Assembly: GCA_001724025.1 (NCBI GenBank)
Contig: MEDJ01000019.1
Coordinates: 94,359 to 158,358, forward strand
Reading direction: 5' to 3'
Source: Acidobacteria bacterium SCN 69-37
Lineage (GTDB): Bacteria > Acidobacteriota > Vicinamibacteria > Vicinamibacterales > SCN-69-37
DNA length: 64,000 bases
Below the pieces are notes generated by a model. The model did no database searches. It was not told where the DNA came from and saw only the letters and a list, made by a program, of their open reading frames with translations. A program made the position numbers and the translations under genes. Shown here piece after piece: positions 52,824-61,362 of this stretch; the first letter of the stretch is position 1; each line of letters starts with the position of its first letter.

Positions 52824-53851
52824 CGCGACGACTTCCGCGCGCCGCCCGTCTTGCCGCGCGGCTTCGCGGCCCCGTCCACGCCCCTGGGTGAAGCGACGGA
52901 TCGGCTGCGCGGCCGTTTCGCCGCCTGCCGCGCGACGAGCGCGCGGAATTCACGGACCAGCAGATCGAAGTGATCGCGCTCCTCGTCGGCAAACTCGAGG
53001 AAGATCCGCCGCCCTTCCGACTCTTCGAAGCGCTCGCCGTACTGCTTGAAGAACCTGTGCGATGCGCGCTCGCAGCGGATGCCGATGCGCAGCGCCTCGC
53101 GATCGCCCACGCCCGGAGCCGCCAGTTCCTCGACGCCGGCCGAGAACAGGCCGTTCGAGGCGCTCTTGAAGAAGAGGAACGCGGGCTGCGCCTCGAGCTG
53201 CGGCTCGGCGTCCGTCAATTCCTTGTACCGGGCCTCGAGCGTGGCCAGATGCTCGCGCTCCTCGGCCGCCAGCCGCTCGAATACCCGCTTGCCCCGCGGA
53301 TCGCGCGCCAGGCGTGAGGCCCGCGTATAGAACGCCAGGCCGCTGCGTTCGGTGGCAATAGCGACGCGCAGCGCGTCGCGCGCGAACACCTTCTCGAGCG
53401 GCAGGCGCGGCACCGACGACGGCAGGCCCGTCTGGCACTGCTCACACGTGCCGTAGATCTGGAGCACGCTCTCGGACGGGGTGAAGCGTCGCGCGTTCGC
53501 GACGTCCTCGATGATGGCCTCGATGTCCGAGCTGAGGAACTCGAACGACTGCTGGCACGACTTGCAAATCAGGTGGAAGTGCCGCGGGTGCCGGTACGAG
53601 TGCTCGAACCGGTACTTGCCGTCGCCGAAGTCCACGCGACGGGCGATGCCGGCCTCGACCATCCACTGGAGCGTGCGATAGATCGTGGCCCGGCTGATGC
53701 GTGCGTCCTCGGACCGGATCAGCGAAACGAGATCATCGGCCCCGAGGTGCCCGCTCTGACGCAGGAACACGTCGACGATGAAGTCACGCTTACCGGAGCG
53801 GCGACCGCCGGCCGGCCGATGGTTCTCGATGAATTGCGACGGCGACAACAT
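52820..53851 (-). CDS. Fur-family regulator fused to a ferritin/rubrerythrin-like domain
   Basis: The N-terminal half has SRATIYRTLQWMVEAG...HFHLICKSC...GTCEQC. The C-terminal half has AIATERSGLAFY...AAEEREHL...IRCERASHRFF...ADEERDHF (ExxH pairs). Confidence 0.7.
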   Translation of the reverse strand: MLSPSQFIENHRPAGGRRSGKRDFIVDVFLRQSGHLGADDLVSLIRSEDARISRATIYRTLQWMVEAGIARRVDFGDGKYRFEHSYRHPRHFHLICKSCQQSFEFLSSDIEAIIEDVANARRFTPSESVLQIYGTCEQCQTGLPSSVPRLPLEKVFARDALRVAIATERSGLAFYTRASRLARDPRGKRVFERLAAEEREHLATLEARYKELTDAEPQLEAQPAFLFFKSASNGLFSAGVEELAAPGVGDREALRIGIRCERASHRFFKQYGERFEESEGRRIFLEFADEERDHFDLLVREFRALVARQAAKRPRSRSVASPRGVDGAAKPRGKTGGARKSSR

Positions 53852-53939
53852 GAGCGCACCAGTCCCGTGCGTCCCGTCGGACGCACCCACAACAGTCGGG
53901 CACGCGGGGCCGCCCGCCCGTTCCGTGTCGATTGATCAG

Positions 53940-54269
53940 CTACGCACTGAACGACGAGCCGCACCCGCAGGTCGACTTCGCGTTCGGATTCTTGATGGTG
54001 AAGCCGCCGCCCATGTTGTTGTCGACGAAGTCGACCTCGGCGCCATTCAGATAGCGCAGGCTGATGGGATCGATGAGCAGCTTGACGCCGTGCACCTCGA
54101 AGACCTGATCCGAGTCGGCGTCCCCTTCCCCTTCATCGATCATCAGGCCGTACTGGAAGCCCGAGCACCCGCCGCCCTGCACGAACACCCGCAGACCAGC
54201 GCCCACCTTCGCCTCTTCGGTCAGCAGCTCGTTGATCTTCTCCGCCGCAGTCTCGGTTACGTTGATCAT
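53940..54269 (-). CDS. iscA: Iron-sulfur cluster insertion protein (IscA/ErpA/HesB family)
   Basis: 109 aa. Sequence VFVQGGGCSGFQY...STCGCGSSF. Confidence 0.85.
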   Translation of the reverse strand: MINVTETAAEKINELLTEEAKVGAGLRVFVQGGGCSGFQYGLMIDEGEGDADSDQVFEVHGVKLLIDPISLRYLNGAEVDFVDNNMGGGFTIKNPNAKSTCGCGSSFSA

Positions 54270-54369
54270 GCCCTCGATTATACGGGACCACCGGGCTCCC
54301 ACGACCTCCGCCACTTTTTCGTTATGCTGTGGGCACTGGGCGGCCTCAGCCCTGCCCGGCCCGACACTT

Positions 54370-55989
54370 ATGACACTCGACCAGCTCCTCTCCGACCACA
54401 CAGTCAATCGCGTCGCGTCCCGGATCTGGGCGCGGGATCCGGCCGTGTTCGTGGGGGCCGATGCCGCCCCGGCCGTCACCGCCGCCATCCGGAACCGCCT
54501 GGGCTGGCTCGATGCCCCCGCCGCCATGCCGGCCCGGGCGGCCGAAATCGAGGCCTTCCGCCAGCGAGCCGCCGAGGATGGACTGACCGACATCTACCTG
54601 CTCGGCATGGGCGGCAGCAGTTTGTGCGCCGAGGTCCTGCGCGACGTCCTGGGCGTGCCGGGCCACCCCAACCGGCTGGTCGTGCTCGACACGACCGACG
54701 AACTGGCCATCCAGCGGGTCGCGACGTCCCTCGTGCCGGCGCGCGCCCTGTTCCTCGTGGCCAGCAAGAGCGGCTCCACGCTGGAGGTCACCTCGCTCGA
54801 GCGGTATTTCTGGGGCCTGATGTCGGCGGCGGTCGAGAACCCCGGCCGCCATTTCGCCGCCATCACCGATCCGGACACCTCGCTGGTAGCCCACGCGACG
54901 GCACACGACTATCGTCACGTCTTCATCAACCCGGCCGACATCGGCGGTCGCTACTCGGCCCTGTCGCTCTTCGGCCTGGTGCCCGCCGCCCTGCTGGGGG
55001 TCTCCGGGGCCACGCTGCTCGCCCCGGCGCTCGAGATGGCCGACGCGTGCCAGCTCGATTCGCCGGCCAATCCCGGCCTGCGCCTTGGCGTGTTCATGGG
55101 CACGCAGGCGGCAGCCGGCCGCGACAAGCTGACGTTCTTCGGCTCACCGGCCCTCGCGCCGCTGGGCGCCTGGATCGAACAACTGGTCGCCGAAAGCACC
55201 GGCAAGCTCGGTCGCGGCATCCTGCCCGTCGTCGGGGAACCCGCCGCCCCGCCCGAGCGGTTCGGCGCCGATCGCGCGTTCGTCGTCGTCACGACGCCGG
55301 GTGATACGACGCCGGAACGGTTCGCCGACAGCCTCGAGGCCGCCGGTCACCCGGTCTTCCGCATCGAAACGCAGCCGGTGGCGCTGGGTGCCGAGTTCTT
55401 CCGGTGGGAGTTCGCCACCGCGGTCGCCGGGGCCGTCCTGGGACTCAACCCGTTCGACGAGCCGGATGTCCGCAGCGCCAAGGCGCGCACGCAGGCCCAG
55501 CTCGATATCCGCCGCGAGAGCGGCGCGTTCCGGCTCGATCCGCCGCTCGATGCGGGGTCGCTCTATGCGCGGCGTGACCATGCCGGCGGCGCGCGCGCGG
55601 GCGCACCTGGCAGCTACGTCGCCATCCTCGACTACCTGCCCGCGGATCCGGCGCGGACCGACGCCATCAACCGGCTGCGCGGGTCGCTGCGCGCACGGCT
55701 CGGTGTGGCCACCACGCACGGCGTCGGCCCGCGGTATCTCCACTCGACGGGGCAGTACCACAAGGGCGGACCGAACACGGGCCTCTTCGTCCTCGTGACG
55801 TCCGATGACGCCAGCGCCACGCCGGTGCCGGGCACCGAGTACACCTTCAGCACGCTCAAACAGGCGCAGGCGCTCGGCGATTTCGATGCGCTCGTGGCGG
55901 GTGGCCGCACCGTCATCCACTGCCACTTCCAGACCCACGCCGCCGATGTCCTGACACGACTCGAGCACGTGCTGGCAAGCCTGGCCTGA
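54370..55989 (+). CDS. pgi: Glucose-6-phosphate isomerase-like (SIS-domain) protein
   Basis: [16 protein letters not shown] and [12 protein letters not shown] are SIS motifs of the PGI type seen in transaldolase/PGI proteins. Start chosen at MTLDQL. Confidence 0.6.
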   Translation: MTLDQLLSDHTVNRVASRIWARDPAVFVGADAAPAVTAAIRNRLGWLDAPAAMPARAAEIEAFRQRAAEDGLTDIYLLGMGGSSLCAEVLRDVLGVPGHPNRLVVLDTTDELAIQRVATSLVPARALFLVASKSGSTLEVTSLERYFWGLMSAAVENPGRHFAAITDPDTSLVAHATAHDYRHVFINPADIGGRYSALSLFGLVPAALLGVSGATLLAPALEMADACQLDSPANPGLRLGVFMGTQAAAGRDKLTFFGSPALAPLGAWIEQLVAESTGKLGRGILPVVGEPAAPPERFGADRAFVVVTTPGDTTPERFADSLEAAGHPVFRIETQPVALGAEFFRWEFATAVAGAVLGLNPFDEPDVRSAKARTQAQLDIRRESGAFRLDPPLDAGSLYARRDHAGGARAGAPGSYVAILDYLPADPARTDAINRLRGSLRARLGVATTHGVGPRYLHSTGQYHKGGPNTGLFVLVTSDDASATPVPGTEYTFSTLKQAQALGDFDALVAGGRTVIHCHFQTHAADVLTRLEHVLASLA

Positions 55990-55993
55990 CGCG

Positions 55994-56659
55994 ATGCCTG
56001 TCGGCCGGCTCGCGGCGTGCGCGGTGCTGTTCGTCGCCTCGATCCTCCCGGTCGACGCGCAACGCCCGACGACGCACGGCCGGCTGTTCCCGCCCGAGGA
56101 TCTCGGCATCCTCGAGAGTCCGGATCGAGACGAGTGGCAGCAGCCCGAGCGCATCATGGACGCGCTCCGGATCGCGGACGGATCGCGCGTCGCCGACATC
56201 GGCGCGGGTGGCGGGTGGTTCACCATCCGCCTCGCCGCGCGCGTGGGCCCGAACGGCACGGTCTACGCGCAGGACGTCCAGCGGCAGATGATCGACTCGA
56301 TCCGCCAGCGCGTGGCCAACCTCGGCCTTGCCAACGTGGAGACCATCCTCGGCACGGTCGACGACCCACACCTGCCGCCGGCACTCGACGCCGTGCTCGT
56401 CGTCGATGCCTATCCGCAGTTCGGCGAACGGCGGGAGCAGCGCGTGCCGGTGCTGCGCCGCCTCGCCGAGGCCCTGGCCCCGCACGGCCGCCTCGGCATC
56501 GTCGACTTCAAGCTCGACGGCGTGGGCGGCCCCGGGCCGCCGATCGACGAACGCCTCGATCCAGCCGTGGTCCGTGACGAGGCCGAGCAGGTGGGCCTGC
56601 GGCTGCTGCGCGAGGAAACGTTCCTCCGCTATCAGTACCTGCTCGTGTTCGGGCGCTGA
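55994..56659 (+). CDS. Class I SAM-dependent methyltransferase (secreted or periplasmic?)
   Basis: N-terminal signal-like segment. Motif [13 protein letters not shown]. Confidence 0.75.
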   Translation: MPVGRLAACAVLFVASILPVDAQRPTTHGRLFPPEDLGILESPDRDEWQQPERIMDALRIADGSRVADIGAGGGWFTIRLAARVGPNGTVYAQDVQRQMIDSIRQRVANLGLANVETILGTVDDPHLPPALDAVLVVDAYPQFGERREQRVPVLRRLAEALAPHGRLGIVDFKLDGVGGPGPPIDERLDPAVVRDEAEQVGLRLLREETFLRYQYLLVFGR

Positions 56660-56693
56660 TGGCGCACGGGTGAGGATGAGGTCGCAACGATCC

Positions 56694-57482
56694 ATGAAGA
56701 CAGCCTTGACGATTGCAGGAAGCGACTCGAGCGGCGGGGCCGGCATCCAGGCCGATCTCAAGACCTTCGCCGCGCACGGCGTGTTCGGTGCAAGCGCCAT
56801 CACGGCCCTGACCGCGCAGAACACGACGGGGGTGCGGGCCGTTCTGCCCATCCCCATCGACATGGTGGTCGCGCAGATCGACGCGGTGATGAGCGACATC
56901 GGCGCCGATGCCGTGAAGCTCGGCATGCTGGCGAACGCGGACATCGCCCGGGCCGTGGCCGACGCGATCACCCGATGGGAGATGCGCGCGGTCGTGCTCG
57001 ACACGGTGATGGTGGCCAAGGGCGGCGCACGCCTGCTCGACGATGACGCGATCACCGTGGTGCGGCAGCGGCTCGTGCCGCAGGCCGCGGTGGTCACGGC
57101 CAACATTCCCGAGGCCGAGGTCCTGACGGGGTTGTCGCTGCGTTCGGTTGCCGATCTGCGTCGCGCGGCGCGCGCGCTCGTCGACGCCGGCGCCGCGACG
57201 GCCGTGGTCAAGGGCGGTCACCTCGACGGTCCGGCCATCGACGTGTTCGACGACGGCACGACAGCGATCGAGCTCGAGCAGGCGCGGATCCCGACGCCGC
57301 ACACGCACGGCACGGGGTGCACGCTGGCCGCGGCCATCGCGGCGCACCTGGCCCTGGGGCAGTCTGCGTCCGAGGCGGTGGCGGCGGCCAAGCGCTACGT
57401 CACGCGCGCGATCGCACGCGCACCGGGCCTCGGTCGCGGCCATGGTCCGCTGGGCTGGGGCGAGGCCCTCGTCGACCGCTGA
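56694..57482 (+). CDS. thiD: Hydroxymethylpyrimidine/phosphomethylpyrimidine kinase
   Basis: [22 protein letters not shown]...AVKLGML...[10 protein letters not shown]. The start could be ATG 56694 or 56676. Confidence 0.85.
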   Translation: MKTALTIAGSDSSGGAGIQADLKTFAAHGVFGASAITALTAQNTTGVRAVLPIPIDMVVAQIDAVMSDIGADAVKLGMLANADIARAVADAITRWEMRAVVLDTVMVAKGGARLLDDDAITVVRQRLVPQAAVVTANIPEAEVLTGLSLRSVADLRRAARALVDAGAATAVVKGGHLDGPAIDVFDDGTTAIELEQARIPTPHTHGTGCTLAAAIAAHLALGQSASEAVAAAKRYVTRAIARAPGLGRGHGPLGWGEALVDR

Positions 57483-57558
57483 TCGGCATCGGGTGGCATC
57501 TCGAGTGCTCCCGCAGGCCGGCACGCACCAGCACGACGAGGCGCAGTACACTGATTCG

Positions 57559-58053
57559 ATGGCCGTGCCGTTGTTCGTCGTGACGCCGGCGCGGCTGGCC
57601 CTCGAACCGCTGGTTGCGCAAGTCGAGATCACCGGGCGCCTCGACGGCGAGGGCTGCGGGGCCGTGTGCACGTTCATCGGCGTGGTGCGCAGGTCACACG
57701 CGGGCCGGACCGTCAGGTACCTCGAATACGAAGCGCACGCGACGCTGGCCGTCAGGACCTTCGAGCGTATCGCGCACGAGGCGGTCGAACGCTGGCCGCA
57801 GGCCACGCTGGCGATCCACCATCGGGTTGGACGACTGGCCGTCGGCGAGACCAGCGTGCTCGTGGCCGCGGCAGCGGCGCACCGGGACGAGGCGTTCCGC
57901 GTGTGCCGGTACGGCATCGAGCGCGTCAAGCAGATCGCCCCGGTCTGGAAGCGGGAAGTCTGCGAGGACGGCGCGCATTGGATCGAGGGGCCCGTCGCCG
58001 ATCCCGCCAACGATGACCTGCGACGTCAGGCCCTGGTGCGTGCGTGCGCGTGA
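57559..58053 (+). CDS. moaE: Molybdopterin synthase catalytic subunit
   Basis: GAVCTFIGVVR...LEYEAH...IAPVWKRE is the MoaE pattern. Confidence 0.85.
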   Translation: MAVPLFVVTPARLALEPLVAQVEITGRLDGEGCGAVCTFIGVVRRSHAGRTVRYLEYEAHATLAVRTFERIAHEAVERWPQATLAIHHRVGRLAVGETSVLVAAAAAHRDEAFRVCRYGIERVKQIAPVWKREVCEDGAHWIEGPVADPANDDLRRQALVRACA

Positions 58054-58304
58054 CGGTGCAATACTTTGCTCGACTGCGCGACCTGGCCGGCTGCGGCACG
58101 TGGACGTGCGACCTGCCGGACCGTGCCACGGTCGGCGACGCCTGGCGCGCCGGGGTCGAGCGGTTTCCGGCCACGGCCGCGCTCGGTGACAGTCTGTCGT
58201 GTGCGGTCAACGCCGACTTCAGCCGCATGGACGCCCCGATACACGACGGCGATGAAGTCGCTTTTCTCCCCCCGGTGTCCGGCGGGGCCTGGACAGAGCC
58301 ATGA
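58044..58304 (+). CDS. moaD: MoaD/ThiS-family sulfur carrier with a 5-aa extension after Gly-Gly
   Basis: [14 protein letters not shown]...[19 protein letters not shown]. It overlaps moaE (10 nt) and prfA (ATGA). Confidence 0.75.
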   Translation: MRVTVQYFARLRDLAGCGTWTCDLPDRATVGDAWRAGVERFPATAALGDSLSCAVNADFSRMDAPIHDGDEVAFLPPVSGGAWTEP

Positions 58305-59398
58305 CCCCGCAGGTGTTCGACAAGCTCAGGACGATTGCCTCCCGCTATGACGAGCTCACGCAACTGGTGAGCGATCCGGCGGTGCAGGCCGACGCGGCGG
58401 CGTACCGCACGCACTCGAAAGCCATCGCCGACACGCAGGATCTCGTCGACTGCTTTCGCGATTACCAGCAGCAGGAGCGGGCCCTGGCCGACGCGCGCGA
58501 AATGGCGGCCGGTGAGGACCCGGAACTGCGGGCGCTGGCGGCCGACGAGATCGGCGTGCTCGAAGCGCAACTGATCGCCCTCGAAGATCGGCTGCGCGTG
58601 CTGCTGATCCCGAAGGATCCGAACGACGACCGCAACGTCGTGATGGAAATCCGCGCGGGCACCGGTGGCGACGAGGCCGCCCTGTTTGCCGGCGACCTGT
58701 TCCGGATGTACACGCGATTCGCCGAGCGGCAGAGCTGGAAGGTGGAGGTCATGTCCTCCAGCGAGACCGGCGTGGGCGGCTTCAAGGAAGTGGTGGCCGC
58801 CATCGAAGGCAAGGGCGTCTACCGCCGGCTCAAGCAGGAGAGCGGCGTGCACCGCGTCCAGCGCGTCCCCGTCACCGAGGCCAGCGGACGCATTCACACG
58901 TCGACGGCCACGGTCGCCGTGCTGCCGGAGGCCGAGGAAGTCGACGTGCAGATCGACGCGAAGGATCTCCGCATCGACACGTTCTGCTCGAGCGGTCCCG
59001 GCGGTCAGAGCGTCAACACGACCTACTCCGCCGTCCGCATCACGCACCTCCCCACGGGCATCGTCGTCTCGCAGCAGGACGAGAAGTCGCAGATCAAGAA
59101 TCGCCAGAAGGCGATGAAGGTGCTGCGATCGAAGCTGTACGAGATGGAGATGCGCAAGCAGCAGGACGCCATCGCGAAGGAGCGGCGCGGCCAGGTGGGA
59201 TCGGGCGACAGGTCCGAGAAGATCCGGACCTACAACTTCAAGGAGAACCGGATCACCGACCACCGCATCAACTTCACGATGCACCAGCTGGCCGACGCCC
59301 TGGATGGCGATCTCGAGGAGCTGATCGCGGAGCTCGAGGCGCGCGCGCAGTCCGAGAAGCTGCAGCTGGCGACGGAAACCGAGCCGGCCGCGTCGTAG
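58301..59398 (+). CDS. prfA: Peptide chain release factor 1
   Basis: The PVT tripeptide ([14 protein letters not shown]) and the GGQ motif ([11 protein letters not shown]). Confidence 0.95.
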   Translation: MTPQVFDKLRTIASRYDELTQLVSDPAVQADAAAYRTHSKAIADTQDLVDCFRDYQQQERALADAREMAAGEDPELRALAADEIGVLEAQLIALEDRLRVLLIPKDPNDDRNVVMEIRAGTGGDEAALFAGDLFRMYTRFAERQSWKVEVMSSSETGVGGFKEVVAAIEGKGVYRRLKQESGVHRVQRVPVTEASGRIHTSTATVAVLPEAEEVDVQIDAKDLRIDTFCSSGPGGQSVNTTYSAVRITHLPTGIVVSQQDEKSQIKNRQKAMKVLRSKLYEMEMRKQQDAIAKERRGQVGSGDRSEKIRTYNFKENRITDHRINFTMHQLADALDGDLEELIAELEARAQSEKLQLATETEPAAS

Positions 59399-59402
59399 TC
59401 CG

Positions 59403-60272
59403 ATGACGATTGCCGCGTGCGTCCATCGCGCCGTCGCGGTACTCGTCGACGCGGGCTTCGCTCCCGACGCCGCCAGGATCGACGTGGCGGTCCTCGGCCG
59501 GCACCTGCTGGGCTGGGACACGGCCGCATGGCTGACGCGGCAGCGCGACGACGCCCCGGCTGCCTGGGGCGAAGCCTTGATGCCGCTCGTCGTACGCCGC
59601 GCCTCCGGCGAGCCGGTGGCCTATCTCACCGGCACGCGCGAGTTCTACGGCCGCGCATTCACTGTCACCCCCGACGTCCTGATTCCCCGGCCCGAGACCG
59701 AACAGATCGTGGACCTCGCCCTGGTCCGGATCGGCGAGACGGCCGCGGCTGACGCGCCCGTCACGGTCGTCGACGTCGGTACGGGCAGTGGCTGCCTGGC
59801 CGTGACGCTTGCGGCCGAACGTCCGCACCTCCGGGTCATCGCGACTGACACTTCGACGGCCGCGCTGCACGTGGCGGCCGGCAATGCCGCGCGTCACGAC
59901 GTCGCCGATCGCGTGGCGTACACGCATGGATCGCTCACCGCGGGCACGGCAGGCGCCCGCCTGATCGTCTCGAACCCGCCGTACATTCCCCTGACCGATC
60001 GCGATCGCCTGATGCGCGACGTCCGCGACTTCGAACCGGCTACTGCGCTCTTCGGCGGCGCCGACGGTCTCGACGTCATTCGCGCCCTGGCGCCCGACGC
60101 GTTTCGCGCGCTCGGCGGGGGCGGCACGCTGCTGATCGAGGTCGGCGCAGGTCAGGCGTCGGCCGTCGGCCGTCTGCTGGCCGACAACGGGTTCACCGGG
60201 CTGGCCACACACGCGGATCTGGCCGGAATTCCGCGGATCGTCGAGGGTCGGACACCGGCGACGTCCGTATAA
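59403..60272 (+). CDS. prmC: Release-factor glutamine N5-methyltransferase
   Basis: VVDVGTGSGCLA and the NPPY motif (IVSNPPYIP). It lies downstream of prfA. Confidence 0.9.
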   Translation: MTIAACVHRAVAVLVDAGFAPDAARIDVAVLGRHLLGWDTAAWLTRQRDDAPAAWGEALMPLVVRRASGEPVAYLTGTREFYGRAFTVTPDVLIPRPETEQIVDLALVRIGETAAADAPVTVVDVGTGSGCLAVTLAAERPHLRVIATDTSTAALHVAAGNAARHDVADRVAYTHGSLTAGTAGARLIVSNPPYIPLTDRDRLMRDVRDFEPATALFGGADGLDVIRALAPDAFRALGGGGTLLIEVGAGQASAVGRLLADNGFTGLATHADLAGIPRIVEGRTPATSV

Positions 60273-60279
60273 TCAGCGC

Positions 60280-60621
60280 ATGGACTGCCTGTTCTGCCGC
60301 ATTGTCGCCGGTGAGATCCCGGCCGCCAGGGTATTCGAGAACGATCGCGTGGTGGCGTTCGACGACATCGCGCCCATCGCCCCGATGCACGTCCTCGTCG
60401 TGCCGCGCACGCACATCGCCACGCTCAACGACGTGACGCCGGACCACGATGCGCTGATTGGCGAGATGCTGCGCGCCGCCGCGACGATTGCCGCCGAGCG
60501 CGGCTATGCCGAGCGTGGGTTCCGGACGGTCTTCAACTGCCAGGCCGGCGCCGGCCAGTCCGTCTTCCACATCCATCTGCACGTCATCGGGGGACGGCCG
60601 CTCGCCTGGCCGCCGGGCTGA
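60280..60621 (+). CDS. HIT-family (histidine triad) protein
   Basis: CLFCRI...APMHVLVVPR...VFHIHLHVIGG. Confidence 0.9.
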   Translation: MDCLFCRIVAGEIPAARVFENDRVVAFDDIAPIAPMHVLVVPRTHIATLNDVTPDHDALIGEMLRAAATIAAERGYAERGFRTVFNCQAGAGQSVFHIHLHVIGGRPLAWPPG

Positions 60622-60641
60622 CGCACGCGCGGTGGCGGCGT

Positions 60642-61328
60642 TCAGAACAGGACGTCCGTCAATTCGCGCAGCGAGGTGATGACCGGGACGTCATCGCGTG
60701 GGACGGCAGCGGGACCGTTCCTCGCGAGCAGCACGCCGCGCATGCCGGTCCCGATGGCCCCTGCCACATCGTGCGTGAAGCTGTCGCCCACCATCACGGC
60801 GTGGGCAGCCTCGACGCCGACCTGCTCGAGAGCTTCCCGGAAGATCCGCGGATCGGGCTTCATCACGCCCAGCGCCGACGACGAGACAGCGGCCGCGAGC
60901 AGGCCGTCGAGCGCGAAATGCGACTGGAACGACCGCAGGCAGCGGTGGGAGTTGGTGATGATGCCCAGCCGGACGCCGCGCGCGATCAACTCGCCCAGCG
61001 TCTCCCGGACGTCGTCATAAAGATCGAAGTGCGCGGGATCGGCCCAGGCGTCGTAGAGTTCGCGGGCCACCGTCTCGACCGCCGGCGACTCGCCGCCCAT
61101 CAACTCGATGATCCGGGCGGTGTACCGCACGAACACCTCGCCGTCGTAGGTGTGTCCGGCCGCCTCGAGGACCGTGGCGGCGCCGGCGACGGCGGCCTCG
61201 AAACGGGCCGGATCGACGGTAATTCCGTGCTGCGCGCAACTGTCGGCGTAGCCAGGGCCCTGGAATCGGCGACCCGGGTGGATCAACGTGAAGTCGACGT
61301 CGAAGAAGACCGCCTCGGTCGGGCTCAC
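60642..61328 (-). CDS. HAD-superfamily hydrolase
   Basis: Motif I VFFDVDFTL and motif IV VMVGDSFTHD. The GTG start at 61328 is preferred because the ATG at 61364 would overlap the divergent ileS start. Confidence 0.7.
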   Translation of the reverse strand: MSPTEAVFFDVDFTLIHPGRRFQGPGYADSCAQHGITVDPARFEAAVAGAATVLEAAGHTYDGEVFVRYTARIIELMGGESPAVETVARELYDAWADPAHFDLYDDVRETLGELIARGVRLGIITNSHRCLRSFQSHFALDGLLAAAVSSSALGVMKPDPRIFREALEQVGVEAAHAVMVGDSFTHDVAGAIGTGMRGVLLARNGPAAVPRDDVPVITSLRELTDVLF

Positions 61329-61362
61329 CCGGTCGATTATAGAATGAGGGTTTCGGCCGACC

